Source: Dehalococcoidia bacterium (GTDB lineage: Bacteria > Chloroflexota > Dehalococcoidia > Lucifugimonadales > VXLM01). Taken from it: DNA of 64,000 nucleotides. The DNA is taken from contig OY759598.1 of the NCBI GenBank assembly GCA_963662435.1, positions 434,001 to 498,000 on the forward strand. Direction: 5' to 3'. The translations under genes and the position numbers were made by a program. The notes beneath the pieces are model-generated. The model was given only the letters and a program-made list of their open reading frames with translations. It was not told the DNA's origin and did not search any database. Below are positions 46,943-55,561 of the stretch, piece after piece (positions within the stretch are counted from its first letter, which is position 1; each line of letters starts with the position of its first letter).

Positions 46943-49696
46943 TTATCCTATGGGTATCCCGGCCTCTGTCCGCCTGCGACCCGCATTATCATCTGCGTCA
47001 GGCCGCTCGATTCGTACCGCGCAAACCTTGAACTCCGGGATCTTCGAGCTTGGATCGTACGCTGCGTTCGTCAGGAAGTTGGCCGCATGGTCCTTGAGCT
47101 TGACGAAAGGAACGAACACCTCCCCCGAACGCATCTTCTCGGTGTAGATCGCCCGCCCTTCGAGATCACCCCTCCGCGATCGCACCCGTATCCATTCGCC
47201 ATCCTCCACACCGTACCGCTTGCCGTCCTCTGCACTGATGTGAATCTGCAGCTCCGGCATTCGGGCCAGCAGGCCCTCCGCGCGAGTCGTCATCGTCCCT
47301 CCGTGCCAGTGGTACAGGACACGGCCTGTGTTTAGGATGAGCGGGAATCGCTCTGAGGGCATCTCGTCCGCGGCTGGGCCCTGCTCGAACGGCACGAACT
47401 TCGCCCGCGGACCACGCGGGAAGTCGGACTCGTACAGGTATCGTGTGCCAGGATGGTCCGGCGTCGGGCACGGCCACTGGATCCCGCCCTCTGCGTCCAG
47501 CCGGTCATACGATATGCCTGCCACGATCGGCGCAACACCGGCCAGTTCGTCCCATATTTCCGAGGGATGGGTGTAGTCGAACTGCGTTTCGAGAGCAAGG
47601 CCCCTCTTAGCAGAAAGCCGCCGACCCAAGTCGCAGATAATGTCCCAGTCCGCACGGCTGCTCCCCACCGGCTCAATGACCTTGCGTACGCGTTGCACCC
47701 TGCGCTCGCTGTTCGTGAAAGTCCCGTCCTTCTCGGCAAACGTCGTGGCCGGCAGCACGACATCGGCGATCTGCGCCGTCTCGTGCATGAAGATGTCCTG
47801 GACTACGAGGAATTCGAGGCTCTTGAACGCCTCCTCCGCATGGTGAAGGTCGGGTTCGCTCAGGAGTGGGTTCTCTCCCGTAACGTACATAGCCTTCAGG
47901 TTCCCCTTGAGCGCCTCTTCCAGCATCTCCGGCACTACCATGCCCTTGACCGCGTTGAGCGGCTCATCTCCCCACGCCTCGCTGAATTTGAGAACGGAGT
48001 CCTCGGTCAACAGCTGGTAGCCGGGGAAGGAGCTTGGAATGCAGCCGGAGTCGCCGCAGCCCTGCACATTGTTCTGACCGCGAAGCGGGGATATTCCAGA
48101 TCCTGGTGTCCCCATCTGACCTGCAACGAAGGCGAGGTTCAGGAGGCCATGTGCGTTGGCCGTACCGTTCGTATGTTGCGTAATCCCCATTCCCCAGACG
48201 AGGCATGACCCGCTGAAGGGAGGATTCGCGTAGGTCCTCGCCGCATCGGCTATGTCCCGCGCGGGAACGCCCGTGATCTTCTCAACCGTTTCGAGATCGT
48301 ATTTGTCCACGACCACTCGCCATTCCTCGAACTGCTCGGTGCGGTCGCTTATGAACTCCTCGTCGGCGAGCCCCTCGTCCAGAATGACCTTAGCCATGCC
48401 GTTATACAGCGCCACGTCTGTCCCCGGTCGTGGACGCAGCCACAACTCCGCGTAGTCGCACATCTCGATCCTGCGCGGATTGATGACGATCAGCTTTGCG
48501 CCGCGTTCGATAACTGCCCGTCGCATCCTCGACGCCGCGACCGGATGGTTCGAATTGGCGTCGGATCCGGTGATGACGATGCACCCCGCCTCCTCGTAAT
48601 CGATGTACGAGTTGCTCGTCGCCCCGCTGCCGAGCGATGTGAGCATCGCCTCGACGGATGGGGAGTGACACAGGCGCGTGCAGTGATCGATGTTGTTCGA
48701 TTTCATCAACAGGCGAGCGAACTTCTGCTGGATGTACCCGTCCTCGTTCGTCGCCTTCGCTGACGCGAGGGTCGCGAACTGGTCGCCGTCGTACTGCGCG
48801 AGGCGGTCAGCTACGTGGTCCAGCGCCTCCTCCCACGATGCTTCGACGAACTGCCCATCTTTCCGAATCAGTGGCGTCGTCAGCCTGTCTTGGTGGTGGA
48901 CGAATGTGTACCCGAAGCGGCCCTTTACGCACAGCATCCCGACGCTCGACTCGTTCTCCGGGTCGTCAAGCATCGCCATGATTCGCTCATTCTCGTCGAC
49001 CTGCGCCTTGATGCCGCACCCTACGCCACAGTATGGACAGGTCGTGGAGACCGTCCTCGCCACATTCCTCGTCGGGACCTTCACATCAATTGCGCCCGTC
49101 GGACAGACCGACAGACATTGCCCGCACGTCGTGCATATCGATTCCAGGAGCGGACGGTCCATGAAAGTGCCGATGCGGCTCCCCGTACCGGCTCCGAGGA
49201 AATCTATCGCGCCGATGAACTGGTGTCCGTCCTGGCAAGCCTGCGCGCACCTGCCGCAGAGGATGCAGTCGTCCATGGCGATGTTGAATATCGGGTTGCT
49301 GGTGTCGATCTCCTCACGTTCGCGTCCGAACCAACGCGGCTGCATAGCTCCGTGATGCTCCAGGGCGATATCCAGCTCACGATGGTCCTTGGATGCATTG
49401 CCGTTCCCACCCATCATCGATTGGGTCAGTTGCAAAACGTCCTTACGAACGTCGCGTACCTTGGGACCCTCGGTGGAAACGCACATTCCATCGGTCGCGG
49501 GAACGCTGCACGATGCCGGGAATCCCTTAACTCCGTCGATCTCCACCAGGCACGTTCTGCATGCACCGATGGCCTTCATGTCGGGGTCTTTACACAGTTG
49601 GGAGATATACGTTCCCGACGTGTTGATCGCGTCCAGCACAGAGGAGCCGTCAGGTACCTGGACGGCGCGGTCATTTACCTTCAGAGTGATTGGCAT
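46943..49696 (-). CDS. fdhF: NAD-linked formate dehydrogenase alpha subunit (Cys form)
   Basis: N-terminal 2Fe-2S and 2x4Fe-4S motifs, TCPYCGVGC, CTRLCH active site, RGQNNVQG, PEFKVCAV. Confidence 0.93.
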   Translation of the reverse strand: MPITLKVNDRAVQVPDGSSVLDAINTSGTYISQLCKDPDMKAIGACRTCLVEIDGVKGFPASCSVPATDGMCVSTEGPKVRDVRKDVLQLTQSMMGGNGNASKDHRELDIALEHHGAMQPRWFGREREEIDTSNPIFNIAMDDCILCGRCAQACQDGHQFIGAIDFLGAGTGSRIGTFMDRPLLESICTTCGQCLSVCPTGAIDVKVPTRNVARTVSTTCPYCGVGCGIKAQVDENERIMAMLDDPENESSVGMLCVKGRFGYTFVHHQDRLTTPLIRKDGQFVEASWEEALDHVADRLAQYDGDQFATLASAKATNEDGYIQQKFARLLMKSNNIDHCTRLCHSPSVEAMLTSLGSGATSNSYIDYEEAGCIVITGSDANSNHPVAASRMRRAVIERGAKLIVINPRRIEMCDYAELWLRPRPGTDVALYNGMAKVILDEGLADEEFISDRTEQFEEWRVVVDKYDLETVEKITGVPARDIADAARTYANPPFSGSCLVWGMGITQHTNGTANAHGLLNLAFVAGQMGTPGSGISPLRGQNNVQGCGDSGCIPSSFPGYQLLTEDSVLKFSEAWGDEPLNAVKGMVVPEMLEEALKGNLKAMYVTGENPLLSEPDLHHAEEAFKSLEFLVVQDIFMHETAQIADVVLPATTFAEKDGTFTNSERRVQRVRKVIEPVGSSRADWDIICDLGRRLSAKRGLALETQFDYTHPSEIWDELAGVAPIVAGISYDRLDAEGGIQWPCPTPDHPGTRYLYESDFPRGPRAKFVPFEQGPAADEMPSERFPLILNTGRVLYHWHGGTMTTRAEGLLARMPELQIHISAEDGKRYGVEDGEWIRVRSRRGDLEGRAIYTEKMRSGEVFVPFVKLKDHAANFLTNAAYDPSSKIPEFKVCAVRIERPDADDNAGRRRTEAGIPIG

Positions 49697-49738
49697 ATAC
49701 TTCCCCTTATCAGCCCCTCACGTGTAATCCCGTCAATT

Positions 49739-51331
49739 CTACCTTGCCAGCGCCGTCATTTCCTCTTTGAAAAAGTGCAAGGCGCTCGTAATCGGTCCGC
49801 CTGCCGCCTGACCGAGACCGCAGAGCGAAGCGGCGCCCACAACATCTGCAAGTTGTAGCAGTTCCTCGATATCCCCGGCCGATCCTCGTCCTTCCATAAG
49901 CCGGTCGAGGGCATCGACCATGCGTGGAGTCCCTTCGCGACATGGAGTGCATTTCCCGCACGACTCGTCGGCGTTGTAGGCCGCAAGGCTTCGTACGACA
50001 GCGGGTATGGAAGTCCGATCATCCAATGCTATAATCCCGCCGGCTCCGAGCATCACGCCCGAATCGTGTAGCTGACCGGGAGCAATTGGCGTATCGAGCA
50101 TCGATGGCGGGAAGACGCCGCTGGACGGCCCTCCCACGGCGAGACCAATCAGCTCCCTGCCTCCAAGGGGGCCACCCCCTATGTCATGCACAATCTGCCG
50201 GAGAGTCGTACCCATGGGCACTTCGACAACCCCCGCTCGCTGTACCGAACCACTGAGACTAACTATCTTGGTGCCCGACGCTGCCTCGCTTCCGATGCTC
50301 TTGAACTCGTCCGCCCCATTAGCAAGGATGAATGGTACGCTGCAAAGCGTCTCCGGATTGTTGATTACAGTCGGTTTTGCCCACAACCCTGATTCGGTCG
50401 GGAAGGGCGGTCGAAGACGGGGTTCCCTGCGGTACCCCTCCATCGTGTTCAGCAGCGTAGTTTCCTCACCGCAAACATACCCTCCCGCGCCCCTCCGTAT
50501 CTCAACGTCAAGAGAGAATCCCGTCCCAAGGATGTTCCCTCCCAATAGACCGCCGCCAAGTGCTTGGTCGACTGCGTTCTGCATGCGCTGCGCAGAAAGC
50601 TCGGCCTCCGCGTTGATGTACAAGAACGCCTTATCAACCCCCGTGGCGTATGCGGCTATGGTCATCCCTTCCAGGATCCGATATGGGACGGCCTCCATCA
50701 GGTGCCTGTCTTTGAAGATGCCCGGCTCGCCCTCCTCGGCATTGACGACGAGGTACTTCGGCGACTTGTCTACCCTGCGAGCGCCCTCCCACTTCACTGC
50801 AGCGGGGAAATAGGCTCCACCGCGTCCGCGAAGACCGGATGCTTTGACCTCTTCGATCACGGCCTCCGGTGACAACGCCAAAGCGCGCGTAAGTCCCGAA
50901 TACCCGCCGTGCGTCAGGTACTCGCCAATGTCTGTCGAGCTAATGGCGCCCGCCTTGTCGAGCGCCACCCTCCGCTGGTGTCGGAAGAAGACCTCATCCT
51001 CTTGCGTTCCTTCGATGCCGTCGCCAATCTCGCTCACGATTCCAGCTAAGCTCTGGGCGTCCACGTTTCGGAACGACTTCACCGTACCGTCCGGCGTAGC
51101 TATGACAACCTTCGGTGCCTGAAAGCTCGCCCCGTCGGAACCTGCGATGATGAGGTATGCCGAGTCGGGTATGGACTCCGTTAGCGCGCTCGCCACCTCG
51201 CCGCCCCCAACGGCGGACGAACTGTGGTCGAGCTGCACCACCACACGCGTCTTCCCTATGTTCCGGTCGGCTCGACCTTCGGCGTGGTCTCTGAGCCGCT
51301 CAAACGCCTCTCTTGGGTCATTCGTCGTCAT
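49739..51331 (-). CDS. Formate dehydrogenase beta/diaphorase subunit (NuoF-like)
   Basis: SGLRGRGGAYFP, EGEPGIFKDR, YVCGEET, ESCGKCTPCREG and SLCGLG motifs. Confidence 0.92.
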   Translation of the reverse strand: MTTNDPREAFERLRDHAEGRADRNIGKTRVVVQLDHSSSAVGGGEVASALTESIPDSAYLIIAGSDGASFQAPKVVIATPDGTVKSFRNVDAQSLAGIVSEIGDGIEGTQEDEVFFRHQRRVALDKAGAISSTDIGEYLTHGGYSGLTRALALSPEAVIEEVKASGLRGRGGAYFPAAVKWEGARRVDKSPKYLVVNAEEGEPGIFKDRHLMEAVPYRILEGMTIAAYATGVDKAFLYINAEAELSAQRMQNAVDQALGGGLLGGNILGTGFSLDVEIRRGAGGYVCGEETTLLNTMEGYRREPRLRPPFPTESGLWAKPTVINNPETLCSVPFILANGADEFKSIGSEAASGTKIVSLSGSVQRAGVVEVPMGTTLRQIVHDIGGGPLGGRELIGLAVGGPSSGVFPPSMLDTPIAPGQLHDSGVMLGAGGIIALDDRTSIPAVVRSLAAYNADESCGKCTPCREGTPRMVDALDRLMEGRGSAGDIEELLQLADVVGAASLCGLGQAAGGPITSALHFFKEEMTALAR

Positions 51332-51798
51332 GATTCGTCACTGTCGCGGAGAAACAGATTGACCGATTCGACGGTCGCTCGACCGTGCCACTCGTGGTCC
51401 AAACTAACCGTGGGAGCCACCCCGCACATGAAGGCGCAAGCTGTCTCGCTCAGGGTGATCCGTCCGTCCGGCGTGGTCTCGCCGGGAGCGATTCCAAGGG
51501 ACGACTGAAGTCCCTCCAACAGCCCCTTGCCACCGTTGATGGAGCACGAAATACCGGTACACACTCGCACCTCGTGCCGCCCGGGCTCAGCGGTGAAAAG
51601 CTCGGTGTAGCTTGTCGCTGCTCCATAAACTTCACTCGCCGGAATGCCCAGGTGCCATCCGACGACCTCCATCGCCCAGTCGGGGAGATACCGGAATTCG
51701 TGCTGGATGAAGTGAAGGGCTGGCAGAAGCTGGCCGTGTTCCCGCGGGAATTTCTCTCGAAGGACGGCCCGCAGCCCCCTCTGATCGGCGGTGGTCAA
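51328..51798 (-). CDS. Formate dehydrogenase gamma subunit (NuoE-like 2Fe-2S)
   Basis: VYGAATSY, VCTGISC...ACAFMC..AP. Confidence 0.9.
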   Translation of the reverse strand: MTTADQRGLRAVLREKFPREHGQLLPALHFIQHEFRYLPDWAMEVVGWHLGIPASEVYGAATSYTELFTAEPGRHEVRVCTGISCSINGGKGLLEGLQSSLGIAPGETTPDGRITLSETACAFMCGVAPTVSLDHEWHGRATVESVNLFLRDSDES

Positions 51799-51840
51799 AT
51801 GCGACCTCAGTTACGATTCCGTGGGAGATATGGAAATTAG

Positions 51841-51869
51841 AGTATAGATTAGCCGATACATCCCAGCAA
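51841..51869 (-). promoter_or_regulatory. Sigma70 promoter for the fdh operon
   Basis: TTGCTG-17-TATACT on the minus strand. Confidence 0.55.
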
Positions 51870-51889
51870 GCACGCCTTTGCACTCGTAT

Positions 51890-51993
51890 CTGTTCAGACT
51901 TCGTGAGAGCGCTCAACACACACAGCCACCGTCATACCCGCGAGAGCGGGTATCCACAGGGAGAAGGATGTTCTTCTCATCAACTCTGAACAG
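51890..51993. mobile_element. MITE-like element of about 104 bp with a CCGTCAT-type palindromic core
   Basis: CTGTTCAGACTTCGTGAGA / TCTCATCAACTCTGAACAG imperfect TIRs around CCGTCATACCCGCGAGAGCGGGTATCC. Confidence 0.65.
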
Positions 51994-52183
51994 TTAATTA
52001 CTAGTTAAAATACACTGTCCGGTAGTCCTGCACTTTCATAGTCCATGCAAGGAGGCTATGACCCGGTAGCGGTGGGATTCAACCCTTGTCGTTGTGATCA
52101 GAGAAGCCAGCCCCATATACTGCTGCACGTCGAAATTGGGACAACTCAGCGGGCTAATATCCTGAGCAAGGTAGGTGCACTAC

Positions 52184-52738
52184 ATGAGCACACAAATCAA
52201 TCAGGCCGGTGTGACCGGCAAAACGGTATTGGAGGCTGAATTCGAACACAAGTCAATTACCTACCAGCGATGGACTGTGACGGGCATCCTCTTCATAACC
52301 GTGGTCGGCATTATTCTCATCCCGTTCAGGCTGGTGTTCAGCCTCTGGTACAGCCCGGAGTTTCTTCGGCGCCTATCAGCGCGCCTTACCTCTCAGACCT
52401 TGGAGATCAGGAAGGGCGTATTCTTCCGCACTGAGGCGACCATACCCCTAAATCGAATTACGGACCTTCGTCTGCACGACGGCCCGCTCATGCGTTACCT
52501 TGGGCCACGCGGGCTAAAGGTCGAGACCGCGGGCATGTCCGGAGACATCGGCAGCGAGGGCAATCTTATTGGAGTCGCCGACGCAGTCGACTTCCGAGAC
52601 GCTGTCCTGCTTCAACGACAGAAGGTGCTGGGAGCCGAAGATACTGAAAAAGCCCCGGAGGCAAATGGCGCAGACTCCGAGTTCTTGATCGAAATTCGCG
52701 ACATCCTCAAGCGAATCGAGGAGCAGGGGAGCAACTAG
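52184..52738 (+). CDS. Bacterial PH-domain (bPH_2) membrane protein
   Basis: TM segment followed by IRKGVFFRTEATIPLNRITD...GPLMR...VETAG. Confidence 0.8.
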   Translation: MSTQINQAGVTGKTVLEAEFEHKSITYQRWTVTGILFITVVGIILIPFRLVFSLWYSPEFLRRLSARLTSQTLEIRKGVFFRTEATIPLNRITDLRLHDGPLMRYLGPRGLKVETAGMSGDIGSEGNLIGVADAVDFRDAVLLQRQKVLGAEDTEKAPEANGADSEFLIEIRDILKRIEEQGSN

Positions 52739-52751
52739 CGCATAGCTGGAG

Positions 52752-54593
52752 TCAAGTCACCGCTTGATGCTGAGAAACCACATCCAATAACTGTAATTCC
52801 TCCACCTTCCTCTCGGGCACCAGCCCTTCCTCCGTCCACCCTCGCGCTCTAAAGTACCCTCCGATCATCATGTCAAGGTCGGATCGCGACAACCCTATGC
52901 CCTTGACCACACCGGTCTCCAGAGCCTCTTTGAACACGCGAGGCGGCAGTGTATCGTCCTCCTGTGTCCAGCCCTCCCGGATGTTGAACAGCTTCTTGAG
53001 GTTGGTGATCCGCTCGCCCGCCAATTTCAAGTCCTTCGGCGATGTGGTCCAACCGGTGAGGTGCTCATAGATCTTCGACGATTCCCCGTAGAAGTCGTCG
53101 AACGCTTTCCTCAAGAACTTGCACCAGATGAGCGAGTCCATCACCGCCGAGTAGTCCTCGCCCTCCATCGTGATGCGACCTCGCTCTTCATCGACGCTCA
53201 GTCGGTCGACCCGGTTGGAGAAGTCCGCCTCGTACGCCGACGATCGGTTGTGACACGCTCCCCTCGTGCTCACCGACAATGCCAAAGCCATCGTCTTGAG
53301 ACTGCGCGGCTCGTAGCCGGGCATTTCGAGTCCCTTGACGTGCATAGCCCACTCATCCGAGCCGCCGCCTAACGTCGCCGCAGCCCTCCGGGACCCCTCC
53401 GCCAGTAATTCGCCCAGTCCACGCCGCTCAGCAATCATGTCCAAAAGGGACAGCACCGCGTTGCCATCGCCGAACCGAAGATCGACTCCTCCCAGATCAC
53501 CTGCGGTCAGTACCCCGTTCTCGAAAGACTCCATCGCCCACGCGATGGTGCCGCCCGCGCTGATGGTGTCCATCCCCATCTCGTCGCAGATGCGCGATGC
53601 CCTGATCACCGTATTCGGGTCACTAACGCCAACCAGCGGTCCAAGCGCAAACGAGCTCTGGTACTCCATGCGTCCCGTTGCCTTGTCCCCACCGTCCGTC
53701 GTCGTAACGATGTGCTCGCAGCCGATCGTGCAGTTGGCGCAGTGCGCGTTCTTCACGTGGTGGGACTTCTGAAAGGCCTCTCCGCTGACGGCCTCCACGC
53801 CTTCGAATGTCGACTGCTGGAAATTCCTCGTCGGCAATGCTCCGAGCCGGTTGAAGACCGAGACATTTGCCATGGTTCCCAGGGTGCGGTACTTCTCCGT
53901 CGCATCGCCTAGACTCCGCCTGCTGAGGTCCGCCCGGATCTCATCCAGAATCTCCGGTTCCGCGAACGAGACCCTGTCGTGCCCTCTGACGGCGATGGCC
54001 TTGAGGTTCTTCGACCCCATCACCGCGCCCGGTCCCGTGCGTCCCGCCTGCCGGCCTCCGTCGTTGGCGATGCCCGCGTACCGCACGAGGTTCTCCCCCG
54101 CAGGCCCAATACTGGCGACTCTGTACATCCCACCCAGCTTCGCCTTGACGGCACGCTCCGTCGCGGACGTGCCCATACCGACAAGATGAGTGGCGTCCAG
54201 GAATTCCGCCTCATCGTCGGTGATCGACAGCAGTGTCGGGGACGACGACCTGCCCATCACGACAACGGCGTCCGACCCCGTCTTCTTTAGCTCCGTCGCT
54301 ATGAAGCTCGATGAGAGCGAGTCGCCGATCATCCCCGTCAACGGCGATTTGGCTGCCACCGCGAACTTGCTGGATGTCGTCAGCCTGCTGCCGACAAGCG
54401 GGCTCGTCGCGAAAATCAGGGGATTTTCAGGCGATAGAGGACTGCATCCGGGCCGGGCATACTTGTAGAGCAGGTAAGCACTCAATCCTGTCCCGCCGAT
54501 GAACCGCCGGAGCACGTCCTCTTCAAGCGGCTCCCATCGGACCGTGTAGTTGTCCAGGTCGACTATCGTCACCCTGCCATGGTAGGCATACAT
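52752..54593 (-). CDS. aor: Aldehyde:ferredoxin oxidoreductase (tungstopterin family)
   Basis: KSPLTG, SIGPAGEN, GRTGPGAVMGSKNLKA, CANCTIGC, GMDTIS, VKGLEMPGYEPR and RGACH motifs. Confidence 0.93.
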   Translation of the reverse strand: MYAYHGRVTIVDLDNYTVRWEPLEEDVLRRFIGGTGLSAYLLYKYARPGCSPLSPENPLIFATSPLVGSRLTTSSKFAVAAKSPLTGMIGDSLSSSFIATELKKTGSDAVVVMGRSSSPTLLSITDDEAEFLDATHLVGMGTSATERAVKAKLGGMYRVASIGPAGENLVRYAGIANDGGRQAGRTGPGAVMGSKNLKAIAVRGHDRVSFAEPEILDEIRADLSRRSLGDATEKYRTLGTMANVSVFNRLGALPTRNFQQSTFEGVEAVSGEAFQKSHHVKNAHCANCTIGCEHIVTTTDGGDKATGRMEYQSSFALGPLVGVSDPNTVIRASRICDEMGMDTISAGGTIAWAMESFENGVLTAGDLGGVDLRFGDGNAVLSLLDMIAERRGLGELLAEGSRRAAATLGGGSDEWAMHVKGLEMPGYEPRSLKTMALALSVSTRGACHNRSSAYEADFSNRVDRLSVDEERGRITMEGEDYSAVMDSLIWCKFLRKAFDDFYGESSKIYEHLTGWTTSPKDLKLAGERITNLKKLFNIREGWTQEDDTLPPRVFKEALETGVVKGIGLSRSDLDMMIGGYFRARGWTEEGLVPERKVEELQLLDVVSQHQAVT

Positions 54594-54598
54594 CCGAA

Positions 54599-54910
54599 CT
54601 AGCCTCCCGCTTGACTCGAAAAAACGAGCAGGGAGTCTCCATCTTTCAGACTTTGATGGAGTCCTTCGCCGACGAACTTCACGCCGTTCAGATTAACGGT
54701 GTAGCTATCCAGAAAGCCCCGTTGGTCTTCACGAACTACCGTGCCCACCAGCGCTGGACAATCCCTCCCAACCGCTCCGGCAACATCTCCAAGACCGCAG
54801 TTCCCCGCCAGGCGAACGCTCACATAACGGCGTCCCGCCAGCAGCCTTGCGTTGCCGAAGAGCTCTACCGTGACTTTGACGTGAGTGAGGGACTTCTGTG
54901 ACGCCGTCAT
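54599..54910 (-). CDS. moaD: MoaD/ThiS-family sulfur carrier
   Basis: Beta-grasp size with C-terminal AGG; adjacent to aor. Confidence 0.8.
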   Translation of the reverse strand: MTASQKSLTHVKVTVELFGNARLLAGRRYVSVRLAGNCGLGDVAGAVGRDCPALVGTVVREDQRGFLDSYTVNLNGVKFVGEGLHQSLKDGDSLLVFSSQAGG

Positions 54911-55530
54911 CACGCCAACCCTTCCCCCGCAAGCATTCGCGCCCTCGTCAGGTCCTCCTCCGTGTTTATGTTGAAGAAGCTCAGCTTGCTCGGATCGAAT
55001 TCCTCTACGTGCCGCTGGCTCACGTACTTTGCTCTCACATCGTCGAAGAACTTGGCGATCTTGAGGTCATTAGCCCTCAGCCGGGTCTCTATTGCAGGCA
55101 GGCAGACCCTGGAATACGCCGCATGTGTCGGCTCGAGGCGGTGCTCAATGACCGGCACCACAAGATCATGGGAATTCCGGAGGGAGAGTAGGTAGCCCAG
55201 CAGTTCGAGATTCAGAAAAGGCATGTCACACGCGACGACGATCCCCCACTCATTGGTTGATGCCGACAGTCCCGTAAAGATGCCGCCGAGGGATCCCGTA
55301 TCCGGGTAGATGTCCACAGCCACAACGACAGAGTCGGGCAGGGGAAGCTCCTCCGCGCGTTCCTGGTTGTTCACGACGACGACCAGCTCGTCCGCAACAT
55401 GGGAGAGGCCGTCGAGAACTCGAGAGATGAGGGACTGCCCCCCAATCGCCTCGACCGCCTTGTCGCGTCCCAACCTGCGGCTCATGCCGCCCGCGAGAAC
55501 GATTCCTGTTACGGCATCCGTGTCGTTCAT
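54910..55530 (-). CDS. mobA: Molybdenum cofactor guanylyltransferase
   Basis: GIVLAGGMSRRLGRDK, VACDMPF and FFNINT motifs. Confidence 0.93.
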   Translation of the reverse strand: MNDTDAVTGIVLAGGMSRRLGRDKAVEAIGGQSLISRVLDGLSHVADELVVVVNNQERAEELPLPDSVVVAVDIYPDTGSLGGIFTGLSASTNEWGIVVACDMPFLNLELLGYLLSLRNSHDLVVPVIEHRLEPTHAAYSRVCLPAIETRLRANDLKIAKFFDDVRAKYVSQRHVEEFDPSKLSFFNINTEEDLTRARMLAGEGLA

Positions 55531-55561
55531 TTCGGGGCCTCGGTAGAAGCGTAACACACAC

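Noticed and set aside
46943..49696. Selenocysteine in formate dehydrogenase
   Set aside because: The active site reads CTRLCH with a Cys codon, and the frame is uninterrupted
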